Origin: Octopus sinensis
Lineage: Eukaryota
DNA: 64,000 bases
Assembly: GCF_006345805.1 (NCBI RefSeq)
Contig: NC_043003.1
Coordinates: 1,984,001-2,048,000 of the forward strand
Direction: 5' to 3'
Shown here: in pieces, positions 40,891-52,965 of the stretch
How positions within the stretch are numbered: the first letter of the stretch is position 1
How the letters are laid out: each line of letters begins with the position of its first letter
The notes under the pieces: generated by a model
What the model was told of the DNA's origin: nothing
Database searches by the model: none
The model's input: only the letters and a program-made list of their open reading frames with translations
Program-made: the position numbers and the translations under genes

Positions 40891-42078
40891 TACCACAATT
40901 AATATTATTGATATTCATACCATTATTATTATAAATATTGTTATTAATATTAATCCTACTACTACTATTGTATGTGTTATTTTCATATCCGGTATTATAT
41001 CTCCATATATATATATATATATGTCGTTGCCAGTACCGCTTGACTGGTTCCCGTGCTGGTGGCACGTAAAAAGCAACCACTACACTCTTGGAGTGGTTGG
41101 CATTAATAAGGGCATCCAGCTGTAGAAACTCTGCCAGATCAGATTGGAGCCTGGTGCAGCCATCTGGTTTGCCAGCCCTCAGTCATTCGTCCAACCCATG
41201 CTAGCATGGAAAGCGGACGTTAAACGATGATGATGATGATATATATATATATATGTGTGTGTATGTATATATATTATAGTGTGGTATGCCGGTTTATGGG
41301 GTTAGCCCTGGGTTTCTCGCTCATAAGGGGTTTAGCCTTACTGCGCATCTTCATACTCCAAACACCATAAACGGGGCTAACCCACTATAATATCAACTGC
41401 TCTACATCTTAGGGTGTGCTTCTCCTCCGGATTGATGTATTTCTACAAACGATCCATATATATATCATCATCATCAACATCATTTAACGTCTGCTTTCCG
41501 TGCTAGCATGAGTTGGATGATTTGACTGAGGACTGGTGAACCAGATAGCTACGCCACGCTCCAATCTGATCTGGCAGAGTTTCTACAGCTGGATGCCTTT
41601 CCTAACGCCAACCACTCCGAAAGTGTAGTGGGTGCTTTTATGTGCCACTGGCACAAGAGCCAGTATGGCGGTACTGGCAACGGCCACGCTCGAAATGGTG
41701 TTTTTAACTTGCCACCTGCACAGGATGTCAGTCCAGTGGCACTGGCAACGACCTAGCTTGAATGTTTTGCTCCCATGCCACCGGTACAAGTGCCAGTAAG
41801 GCGATGCTGGTAAGGATCACGCTCAAATGGTGTTTTTTACGTTCCACCAGCACAGAAGCCAGGCAGCTGCTCTGGCAGTGATCCCGCTCTGATGGAGCTG
41901 TTAGTGCTCCACTGGCACGGGTGCTAGTCATCGGATTTGATTCAATTTCGATTTCACTTGCCCCAACAGGTCTTCGCAAGCAGAGTTTAGTGTCCAATGA
42001 AGGAGGTTGGCATGGGTGCCAGTCGTTGAATTTGGTTCGATTTCGAATTCAATTTCGATATATATATATATATATATA

Positions 42079-42265
42079 GGCACAGGAGTGGCTGTGTGGT
42101 AAGTAGCTTGCTTACCAACCATATGGTTCCGGGTTCATTGCCACTGTGTGGCACCTTGGGCAAGTGTTTTCTACAATAGCCTCGAGCTATAATAGAAGAC
42201 ACGTGCTGGGAATCTTCATCCCACATGAGTGGATTTGGTAGACGGAAACTGAAAGAAGCCTGTCG

Positions 42266-42345
<80 letters not shown>

Positions 42346-42573
42346 GTGTGTCTGTGTATGTTTGTGTATCTGTGCTTGCCCCCCACCCCCCACCCCAACA
42401 TCGCTTGACAACCGATGCTGGTGTGTTTACGTCCCGGTATCTTAGCGGTTAGGCAAAAGAGACCAATAGAATAAGTAATAGGCTTACAAAGAATAAGTCC
42501 TGGAGTCGATTTGTTCGACTAAAGGCGGTGCTCCAGCATGGCCGCAGTCAAATGACTGAAACAAGTAAAAGAG
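42079..42573 (+). mobile_element. SINE family A copy with an internal templated insertion
   Basis: Family A head and tail; aberrant segment at 42186-42225. Confidence 0.85.
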
Positions 42574-43202
42574 TAATATATATATATATATATCATATAT
42601 ATTATATATGGATCGTTTACATACCGTTTATACATGCATACAAACACAGACACACACACACACACACACAGAGGCTTCCACTCAATTTTCGTCAGATAAA
42701 TTCCCTCTCAGGACATTTACCGACTCGAAGCAACAGTAAACGACTCAGGGTTGAACACGAAATCACGCGCTCCCAAAGCGCGTGCGCGATAAAGAGTGGT
42801 GGTGATGGGGGGGGGTCGGTGAGTGTGTATAGTTATATATATATATATATATACTATACATATATATTATATATACTTTGAGAGACAATTTGAAAACTAT
42901 GTCACTAGAAAAATAAACGCATAAAACGCAGTGGTATAAGCGATATTAAAGTCCAAACTGTGTAAAGGAAAATAGAAGTTGTGGCGTTCAAACTTTTCCT
43001 AAAATTATTGTGAATGATTCTGAGATGAAGATGAACTTTCCTCCACCACACTTCGAAACATCTCGAAAATCCCAAATCACCGTCAGTAGTACAACTCGCT
43101 GTATACATCCGGTTAGGTTTGTGTACCATTCTCTCAAGTGCTGGGAATCTTCATCCCAGCTCAGCATCCTTTCAACGAGGACAGTCTTGTAACATTTTGG
43201 TA

Positions 43203-43272
43203 ATGGCATTCCCAAGTAATAATACCCGTTCTTACTTTCTGCTTTGTTACGCGTTGATTTCTTTATTTTCAT
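43203..43272 (+). CDS. MTTP: MTTP candidate alternative first coding exon 1B (signal peptide MAFPSNNTRSYFLLCYALISLFS)
   Basis: gtaATGg start, hydrophobic 23-aa leader, donor T|GTGAGT at 43273 in phase 1. T+AT gives Tyr, in frame with exon 48307. Lies in non-repetitive sequence relatively rich in CpG. Confidence 0.65.
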
Positions 43273-43787
43273 GTGAGTATCCACGATTTGCTTTTTTTTT
43301 TTGTTTTTAATGTGGCATTTTAGAGATTTCTAGAAATGATCAACAACTGAGTCGGACGGAGGGGGGTGGGGCTCGGAATCCCGTCGCCTTGCGTTGTGGA
43401 CAAAACAAGATTTCGCTCGCAAAAAAAAATAATTTAATTCCTTCTGATATAATAACAAATTATTATTATTATTGGAGTGAAAAATTGTTGACAAAAAAGA
43501 TGTTTTCCCGAAAGTATTTCGTTTTAGCAGGAAAGAAAACTTTACGGAGATAGGGAAACATTAAGCGATCAAATTGTGAAGAACTTAACAATAATTATTT
43601 ATTGTGTATGTGTACATATATATTCTCATACATATACACATGCATATGCATACACACATTGTGTATGTAGTTGTGTGTGTATGTATGTATATATATATAT
43701 ATATAAACCCTTTATGGACGGGAAACCTGAGGTAATCCCATAAACTGGCTTTCCTCCTTTTTAATATATATATATATATGTATATAA

Positions 43788-43861
<74 letters not shown>

Positions 43862-44410
43862 TACAAACACACACACACACATATGTGCGCACACACCCAT
43901 ATTTTTGTTTAAAATGTTTGTGTGTGTGACCTTTTTTTTCCAATTACATCAGTCATATTTCCAAAACATCGTTGTTATAACTAAATTCTTGATGGAAAGG
44001 AATAACTTTCCTGAACTCGTCAGTTGTTTCCCTTCCCCTGTACCACGAGCCTGTATATGTGTATATATATATCGTTTTTGGATTTGGTTTGCAAGATTCT
44101 TTATATGAGTTCGTGTGTTGAAGCACATTCTCTTGTGTCTGGAGAGAGTCATTCTCTTTCAGTGCCCTACAATGTAACACACTCACCGGTAAAATTTCCA
44201 CTTATTTCTTATTTTTAATTTTTTAAAAATATTTTTATTTTCCTATAAGAATAAGAATATAAAAATAAGAAATAAGTGGAAATTTTACCGGTGAGTGTGT
44301 TACATTATAAGGCACAAAAAGAAAATTACTCTCCCCAGACACAACAGAATATATATATAGGACATGCACAAGGAATGTTTTAGTTTGACAGTCAATAAAA
44401 AGAGAAAATT

Positions 44411-44446
44411 TTTTGACGTTTCGAGCCTAGCTCTTCTTCATAAAGG
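44411..44446 (-). ncRNA. Degenerate minimal hammerhead motif
   Basis: Minus strand reads CTTT-ATGAAGA-A-GAGC-TAG-GCTC-GAAA-CG-TC-AAAA, with C3 changed to A. A more decayed copy lies at 13973-14008 (-). Confidence 0.45.
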
Positions 44447-44913
44447 AGAAAAGGAAAAGTCCAAAGAAGGAAAAGAAATCGCCAACAGCACATGTGTAGT
44501 TACATTGCTGAAGTATATGTCTGTCATTGTTCAGTTTAGTTCAAGATTTTTTGCCAATGGAGAAAGAGCTGGTTTCTAACCCAGATCCAAGGCTCCTTCA
44601 TTGGAATTTCAACATCAACAACAGGGTATGTTTGTATGTACGTATGTATGTATGAATGTATGTATGTATGAATGCATAATGTATGTTTTATGTATCTATT
44701 CTCATGCATATAGCTACATATCTAGACATGCTCATATATATATTTAAATGCTAAACTTCTGTAAAGTTTTACAGATTTTTACAGTTCCAGTGATGGATTG
44801 GATCTGCAGTCTTCCAATTAGCTTTCTCCTTTCTGGTTTTGTGAAGCTTAATTTCTCAAGATTGGTATTTAGGCAGTGTGTTACATATCCCAGGGCCCCA
44901 ATAATTGCAGGTG

Positions 44914-45596
44914 TGGAGGTGCAATGGCCCAGTGGTTAGGGCAGTGGACTCGTGGTCATAGGATCATGGTTTTGATTCCCAGACCGGGCGTTGTGAGTGT
45001 TTATTGAGCAGAAACACCTAAAAGCTCCACAAGGCTCTGGCAAGGGGTGGTGGTGAACCCTGCTGTACTCTTTCACCACAACTTTCTCTCTCACTTGCTT
45101 CCTGTTTCTGTTGTACCTGTATTTCAAAAGGGGCCAGCCTTGTCACACTCTGTCACGCTGAATCTCCCTGAGAACTACATTAAGGGTACATGTTTTGTTG
45201 TTGTTTGTTCCTTCTCGAGCCATGCCTGGCTCATAAGGGCCAGTTTCCCGGTTTCTTGGTGTATAGGTTCCCCACCTGGATGGTACGCCAGTCCATTGCA
45301 GGTGAGCTGCAAGATGCAAGAGGAAAGAGTGAGAGAACGTTGTGGCGAAAGAGTCAGCAGAAGTTTCGCCATTACCTTCTGCCAGAGCTGCATGGAGCTT
45401 AGGTGTTTCGCTCATAAACACACACATCGTCCGGTCTGAGATTCGAACTCGCGATCCCTCGACCGCAAGTCTGCTGCTCTAACTACTAGGTCATGTGCCT
45501 CCACATAGGGTACATGTGTCTGTGAAGTGCTCAGAGTAGGCTGTTCCATTGATCAAATCAACTAGAACCCTCATTGTTGTAACAGACGGAGTGCCG
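44914..45596 (+). mobile_element. tRNA-derived SINE family B with a nested opposite-strand SINE (45194-45506)
   Basis: Head GGAGGTGCAATGGCCCAGTGGTTAGGGCAG. The nested copy is flanked by an 11-bp duplication AGGGTACATGT (45183-45193 and 45507-45517). Related copies at about 14150-14432 (-), 35900-36230 (+) and 36795-37090 (-). Confidence 0.8.
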
Positions 45597-45599
45597 TAG

Positions 45600-45849
45600 T
45601 AATTACAGGTATAAACCTGAACTTGTAATTTGGATAGAGTAACTGCAGATTTCTCAATACTTCAGCGTCGGTGTTCCCTCTTCCACTGATCTTCAGCTTT
45701 ACGTTAACATCCATTGGGCAGCTAATTTCCACAACTGTGCACCGTTTCTCTTCTCAATCCCAAATCATTATATCAGGTCTGTTGTGCTTACATTTTATTG
45801 AGGTCTTCTCTGGTACATTCCACCAGTATTCCTCTTCGTTATGAGTGGT
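45600..45849 (-). mobile_element. Restriction-like-endonuclease LINE relic (R4/Dong-type)
   Basis: Minus strand reads YWWNVPEKTSIKCKHNRPDIMIWD*EEKRCTVVEISCPMDVNV...LRNLQLLYPNYKFRFIPVI, an RPD..D..E RLE motif. Confidence 0.75.
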
Positions 45850-47509
45850 TAACACTTTAACAATACTCTTTTTTTCTTGTTTCAGTCATTTGACTGCGGC
45901 CATGCTGGAGCACCGCCTTTAATTGAGCAACTCGACCCCAGGACTTATTCTTTTGTAAGCCCAGTACATATTCTATCGGTCTCTTTTGCCGAACCGCTAA
46001 GTAACGGGGACATAAACACACCAGCATCGGTTGTCAAGCAATGCTAGGGGGATAAACACAGACACACAAACACACACATATATATATATATATACACATA
46101 TATACGACAGGCTTCTTTCAGTTTCCATCTACCAAATCCACTCACAAGGCTTTGGTTGGAACGAGGCTATAGAAGAAGACACTTGCCCAAAATACCACGT
46201 AGTGGGACTGAACCTGGAACCATGTAGTTGGTAAACAAGCTACTTACCACACAGCCACTCCTACGCCTATGTGTTTTTTTTTTCTTTGTCCTTGAGATTA
46301 TCCTTCCAAGTATGTATGCATGTATGTATGTATGTATCTTTGTATTTGTGTGTGCGTGAGTGTCTTTGTATGTGTCTTGACAACTTTGTTGGTGTGTTTA
46401 CTGTAACCTAGTGGTTCAGCAAAAGAGACCGATAGAATAAATACCAGGCTTACAGAAATATAAATACTGGGGTTGATTCATTTGATTTTTAAAAAATTCT
46501 TTACGGCACTGCCCCAGCATGGCCACCACAGTCTAATGATTGAACCAAGTTAAAGATAAGAGATTAAAAAAAGGAGCCCCCATACCTGACCAGACCTGTC
46601 ATATTGTCTTAATTAATTATCTGTAATTTACTGTCAATAACATCTGTTAATTGCCAGCTAATGTACTTGAAGGAATAACAAATGTGGCTGAACTCTTCTA
46701 AGACTTGATGGAATGAAACCAAAGAACATTTAAAATTAGATGATTTCAGCATCCATCCATCAGTGAGTTGGCAGAATCAATAGAGTGTCAGAGGAGAGAA
46801 ATACTTTACCATTTTATGTCCTGAGTTCAAATCCTGTTGGGGTCAACTTTGCCTTTGAACCTTGTAGGTTTGATGAAATTTGCATGGATATGAGCAGGTT
46901 TTTTTTCCTCTTCCTTGCGTCAGGTGAGGAACTGCAACAGACCCACCTAACCCATACCTGTCTGGATAGATGGACGTAAAAGGGTAGTTGGAATTATTTC
47001 TGTAACAAATGTTTAAAATACGCAATGAATTTACATTCTTTTAGACTTCTATTTGTTTCAGTCATTTGACTGCAGCCATGCTGGAGCACTGCCTTTAGTA
47101 GAACAACTTACCCTTTGTAAGCCTCGTACTTATACTATTGGTCTCTTTATTGAACCGCTAAGTTACAGGGATGTAAACACACCAACATCGGTTGTCATAA
47201 GATGGTGACGGGGGGAGGGGCAAACATACACACACACACAACAGGCTTCTTTCAGTTTCCATCGACCAAATCCATTCACAAGGCTTTGGTTGGCCCAAGG
47301 CTATTGTAGAAGACACTTGCCCAAGGTACCACGTAGTGGGACTGAACCTGGAACCATGTGGTTGGTAAGCAAGCTACTTACCACACAGCCACGCGTGACA
47401 CCTCTCATTTAGTTAAATCTTAATATGAAATTGTTTCCATTGATAGTTTTAGCTTTGGTGCATGTATAAGTCACCCCCTAGTTTTTACAGCTGAAATCAT
47501 GTTTAAAAC

Positions 47510-48219
47510 AAGAGAGACGACTGTGCTGGTATGGTCACGTGTTGCGAATGGATGAGAACAGCTGTGTGAAAAAGTGTCACATCCTAGCAGTTGAGGGAAC
47601 CTGTGGAAGAGGTAGACCCAGGAAGACCTGGAATGAGATGGTGAAGCGTGACCTTCGAACATTGGACCTTACTGAGGCAATGACTAGTGACCGAGACCTT
47701 TGGAGATATGCTGTGCTTGAGAAGACCCAGCAAGCCAAGTGAGACCATAACCCATGGCCTATGCCAGGGGTATAACCAGCCCACTTATGAGTAACCTTCA
47801 TTCATTGGACAATAAACTTTGCTTGCAAAGACCTGTTGAGGCAAGTGAAATCAAAATCGCTGATATGGCCGATGACTGGCTCCCGTGCCGATGGCACATA
47901 AAAAGCACCATTCAAGCAGGATCACAGCCAGCGTTGCCTTACTGGCACATGTGTCGGTGGCACGTGAAAAACAACATTTGAGTGTGGTCATTGCTAGTAA
48001 CACCGTACTGGCTCCCGTGCAGGTGGCACGTAAAAAACACCTTTTGAGCATGCACCTACTGCACTCTCGAAGTGGTTGGCGTTAGAAAGGGCACCCAGCT
48101 GTAGAAACTTTGCTAGATCAGATTGGAGCCTGGTGCAGCCTTCTGGCTCGCCAGCCCTCAATCGAATCATCCAACCCATGCCAGTATGGAAAGCGGATGT
48201 TAAACGATGATGATGATGA
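47510..48219 (+). mobile_element. RTE LINE 3' fragment with (GAT)n tail
   Basis: ORF 47539-47742 VEGTCGRGRPRKTW...DRDLWRYAVLEKT; same family as 16521-19290. Confidence 0.85.
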
Positions 48220-48306
48220 ATTACACATAAGTAAATACAGTTGTTTGTTTTTCAATTGCAATATTTTAAATGAAACCTGATTTTTTGAAATTGCTTTATT
48301 TTACAG

Positions 48307-48476
48307 ATCTTACGGCTGGCTTTCAAGTAGGTGTTTCTTATCAGTATCAATATGAAACTTCAGTTTTATTCAATGAAGTCCATCACAAAACACCAAATGA
48401 GGACAAGCTCATCTTGGCAAAGGTTGTTGTTACCCCTTTGTATCAACTCGGAGAGAGGAAGTTTGTCAAGTTACAG
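48307..48476 (+). CDS. MTTP: MTTP exon 2 (LTAGFQVGVSYQYQYETSVLFNE...ERKFVKLQ)
   Basis: Acceptor tattttacag|, donor CAG|GTTAGT. Carries the Y-x-Y-x-Y start typical of the vitellogenin-N beta-barrel. Confidence 0.9.
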
Positions 48477-49298
48477 GTTAGTCCACAAATTATTTGTGTT
48501 AAGGAGAATATTTTAGTTTGCTTGAAGCATTGTGTATTGTTTGTAAAAAATAAATAAGAAGAAGAAAAAAGTGCTTTGAATGGCACAACAATGCACTGTA
48601 AGAATAACGATGGACTATAATAACTGGTGTAGTTTAATCATCCATGGTCTGCTGAGCACTGAATACAATAATTTCATTATTATGAATAAAATATTTCGGA
48701 ATATAAAAAAAAAACAAAAGCAGTGTTACGGATGTGCCAGCACACACATGCTTGAAACATGGTCACCATCACAGACTTCTCACAAAGAATTCCGGAAGGG
48801 ACTTCGTGAGACCAGTGCACAGACGCTTCCAGGGAAAAGAAAAAATATAAAAAACATTGGAAAATCGATTATAGCAGTGACTCGATCAATCCCTGGGGAT
48901 ATCAGAAGAAGGAATTTTTATATTCCGCAATATTATTATATCAGACTATGGATGATTGAATTACAAGAGTCCATTGTTGTTATTATGGTGCATTGTTGGT
49001 GCCATTCAGAACATTATTATTATTATTTGTATTATAATTGATATTCCTCCTCTCAATCATGTAATGCTCGTTATCTTTGTACTTATTAGTCATTTTATAC
49101 GGTGTTGATGAATTCTTTTAGATTGTAGCTATTGTTTCATATAACAGAAGAAGATTATTGGGGGGGGGGCAGCCATTTGGATAGTGGCAAAAAGGGTTGA
49201 AGCTGATGGGACAGTTGGCCTGTTTCGGTGACCACAGTACTTAAAACCAAACACACACACACACTCACATCATCATCATCATCACCACCACCACCACC

Positions 49299-49362
<64 letters not shown>

Positions 49363-49716
49363 ATTCATCCATCAATCCATTTGTTTTCCATGCTGGCATG
49401 GATTGGATGATTTAACAGGGGCTGGCAAACCAGAGAGCTACACCAGGCCCCAGTTGTCTGCTTTGGTTAGGGTTTCTACGGCTGGATGCCCTCCTTCCTA
49501 AAGCCTCCCACTTTACAGAGTGTACTGGGTGCCTTTCATGTGCCACCAGTACCAGCAGGATTACCAAAGAGCTTGCAAGATAAAGGCCTTCAGCTGAAAG
49601 AAGTAACACAAAAGATAAAAGACAGACTTCTGGGAAGGGAAACAAGGCACAAGCTCCGGGAACTCCCGAAAGTAATATTTTTGAAACAATATTCATAAAA
49701 TTTATAAAAATTAAAT

Positions 49717-50119
49717 GCAGGAGTGGCTGTGTGTTGTATGTAGCTTGCTAACCAACCTCATGGTTCCGGGTTCAGTCCCACTGCGTGGCATCTTGGGCAA
49801 GTGTCTTCTGCTATAGCCCCAGGCCGACCAAAGCCTTGTGAGTGGATTTGATAGATGGAAACTGAAAGAAGCCTGTCGTATATATGTATATATATATGTA
49901 TGTGTGTGTGTATATGTTTGTGTGTCTGTGTTTTTCCCCCTAGCATTGCTTGATAACTGATGCTGGTGTGTTTACGTCCCCGTCACTTAGCGGTTCGGCA
50001 AAAGGGACCGATAGAATAAGTACTGGGCTTACAAAGAATAAGTCCCGGAGTCGTTTTGCTCGACTAAATGCGGTACTCCAGCATGGCCGCAATCAAATGA
50101 CTGAAACAAGTAAAAGAGA
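49717..50119 (+). mobile_element. SINE family A copy
   Basis: Full head and tail. Other plus copies at about 36263-36645, 56388-56800 and 63660-63965. Confidence 0.85.
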
Positions 50120-51185
50120 GGCAGGCTTATCAGCCATTTCTTCGTCAGAAAATTGTTAAATCATTGCAGCATTTATAATGAAATAAAATAGAAACTATTT
50201 ATTATGTATATTTGAGATAATTAATGTAACGAGCTGATAGGGTCGTTAGTATGCCAGGCAAAATGCTTAGTGGCATTTTGTCCCTTTTTATGTTCTGAGT
50301 TCAAATTTTGCTAAGGCCAACTTTGCCCTTCATTCTTTCAGGATCAACAAAACAAGTACCAGTTGTGTACTGGGGGTTGATGTAATCGACTGACTCCCGC
50401 CCCAGAAGTTGCTGGCTTTGTGTCACAATTTGAAACCAATATTTGAGATAATTAATTCACTGTAGTGAAGGTGCGTGGCTTAGCCACTCAGCTGGCAAAA
50501 ATGAGTAGTACCAGTAATTCAAAGGGGCCAACCCTGTCACATTCTGTGTCCTGCTGAATCTCCCTGAGAACTACGTTAAGGGTATACATGTCTGTGGAGT
50601 GCTCAGCCACCTGCACATTAATTTCATGAGCAGGCTCTTCCATTCATCAGAACAACTGGAATCCTCGTTGTCGTAACGAACAGAGTGCCAGTTAATTAAT
50701 TCACTGTTTTATGCAAATGATGTGACATGGCTGTGTGGTAAGAAGTTTGTTTTTTCAATCACCGGCTTTCAGGTTCAGTCCCTCTGTGTGGCACCTTGGG
50801 CAAGTGCCTTTTAATATAACCCTGGGTCAACCAAAGCTTTGTGAGTGGATTTGGTAGAAGGAAACTGAAAGAAGCCCATCACATGTATGTGTTACTGTCT
50901 CCTTGCTATGTCATCACATTGTAGTTGTTAATGGATGTCAGCATCATGCAAGCAGTGTCCTTCCTTTCCAATATTCCATGAAAATGTGTCCAGCCATGGG
51001 GAAGTATTACCTTACTTGGAGACAGACGAGAGTTTGGGACAGGAAGAGCATCCAGCCACAAAACATCCGCCTTCAACATATTCCATCCAACCCATGCAAG
51101 CATGGAAAAGTGGATGCTGAAACGGTGATGATGATGAATGCTGTTGTAAATAGTTCAGCATCTTTGTAAACATTTTCTTTTCTAG

Positions 51186-51392
51186 GTCCTCAAACCTGAT
51201 AAAGATGCCACAGGTTCTCATTCGAAATATATAAAACGACTCCAGAAGTTTCCCATATTCTTTGAAATCCATGAAAATGGAGAAGTGACCAATTTATATA
51301 TGGCAGCAACTGATTCCATATTTTCAACAAACTTCAAGAAAGGTATCATTAATTTATTCCAGCTGAAGACATCAGAAGAAACATCAACAGAA
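51186..51392 (+). CDS. MTTP: MTTP exon 3 (VLKPDKDATG...NFKKGIINLFQLKTSEETSTE)
   Basis: Acceptor ttttcttttctag|, donor GAA|GTGAGT, 69 codons with no stop. Contains the N-x-K-[KR]-G-x-x-x-L-F-Q motif. Confidence 0.93.
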
Positions 51393-51592
51393 GTGAGTAT
51401 ATTCTTCAAAATTCTCATTTTATAAACTTTACTCTATTCCCAAACATCACAAGTTCCAAATAATGTGGTCGACAAATTGGATGTTCTTCAGTTTCAATTA
51501 TTGGTTTCATTAGTCGATGGAACAGACAGACTACCAAATGTTTCCAAGTCTTTGGCCGTTGCTTTTATTGATCTAATTCATATTTATCTAAA

Positions 51593-51740
51593 CCCGTGGT
51601 CTGTGGACCCCTGGTGGTCCACTCCACAAAGCTAATCTGTGAACATGTTAAGCTGACAGACCTTTCAACATCCTGGGGCCTGTGGGAAAACTCATTTAAA
51701 TAAAAGGGGTCCTTGGTGTTGAAAAGTTTGGGAACCACTG
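51593..51740. mobile_element. hAT-like MITE fragment
   Basis: Ends in AAAAGTTTGGGAACCACTG, with internal GTGGACCCC/GGGGTCC motifs typical of Charlie/MER5-like MITEs. Confidence 0.45.
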
Positions 51741-52553
51741 GTCTAATTCCTAAGATTTTCTTGCTTCTTTTCAGATTATTATTATTATTATTATGCAGAA
51801 TCGTTACAGAACCAAACGAAATGCTTAATGGCATTTCTCCTGGTCTTAGATTCTGAATTTTAATTCTGTCAAGATAAACTTTGTCTTTCAACCTCATGGG
51901 GACAATGAAATAAGTTCTAGTTGAGCATTTGGGTTGACTCACCTCCTCACCTAAAATTTCAGGCCTTGTGCGTAGAATAGAAAGGATTATTAATATTGTT
52001 ATTTTTATTGTTATTGAGTGAGAGAGCAGTGCATGCCATCAAAGTGATACTGGGGTAAAATATACGAAGCCCAATATACCCATCATGACTAACCATCTGA
52101 TGAGGTTACACCAGGCACATGTATCACAACCATGTGTGCATGACATGGTGACCTCATATCAATATAAACAGTGCATGACCTTGCAGGTGGGGCCCAGTTA
52201 GAATTTTCTTCAGATCAAGAGCACATATCACTCAAAAGGTCCTTGAATAAGGGTTGTTTAAGGATGTTGAACGAAACACCTAGGTTTCCAACTGTGAATT
52301 ACGAAATCCCAAAGAATTCCTCCCCTACTATTTTTGCTCATGATCAGAGATGCACATATCGTCAGCCACTAAGGGACATGCTCAACTGGTTAAGGTCAAA
52401 CAACTGACAAACAAATCCGTGGTATTGAGCAGAATATTTGCTGTAGCCCATCTTTTATACCAAGACATAACAATGTACATGATAACACTTCCAATCAGTT
52501 AAGATCAGAAGACACGAGAGCCACTGCCTGGTACTGCATCAGGGCATTTTTTA

Positions 52554-52584
<31 letters not shown>

Positions 52585-52586
<2 letters not shown>

Positions 52587-52770
52587 ATAGTCTTATTTCT
52601 ATCACATGCTTTCACTGCACTACCGAGCACAGCTCTGTGTGCCTTGGGTATGTGCTGTGGTTTGTTGTGGTGCTCTTATTTTCACTGTATTGAAAGCACT
52701 TTATGTAAGATGTGTGCAGTGTCTAGGAATACCATTTGCTGTGTGTTATATACATTCTTAAGTCCTGGTT
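52585..52770 (-). mobile_element. R4/Dong-like LINE extreme 3' end between (AAT)n tracts
   Basis: Minus strand reads QQMVFLDTAHILHKVLSI, like the QK.VLLGTAHILRKVL terminus. (TTA)n tracts on both sides. Confidence 0.55.
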
Positions 52771-52848
52771 GTTGTTATTATTATCATTATTATTATTATT
52801 AATGGCAATATGTTTCCTCATAACTAATATCCCACTTTCACATTTTAG

Positions 52849-52965
52849 CTCGACATATCAGGAAATTGTTCCGTTAAATACACAAACATGGGAGGCCGCA
52901 TAATTAAAATCAAAGAAAACTGCACCAATATGGAAATTGCAGGAGATTTCTCCGGAGCAGAAAAA
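52849..52965 (+). CDS. MTTP: MTTP exon 4 (LDISGNCSVKY...KENC...FSGAEK)
   Basis: Acceptor cacattttag|, donor AAA|GTGAGT, 39 codons. Contains DISGNC and its partner Cys. Confidence 0.95.

Noticed and set aside
42988-43284. 98-aa minus-strand ORF as a nested gene
   Set aside because: It starts at a non-ATG codon in the track, has no recognisable domain, and is better explained as the antisense of MTTP exon 1B and its promoter.
44914-44990. tRNA genes at SINE heads (also 15994, 42079, 49717)
   Set aside because: A/B-box-like heads run into SINE bodies and do not form complete cloverleaves.
48580-49041. 153-aa ORF after exon 2 as an MTTP continuation
   Set aside because: It has no MTP similarity, overlaps an inverted-repeat element, and exon 2 has a good donor at 48477.
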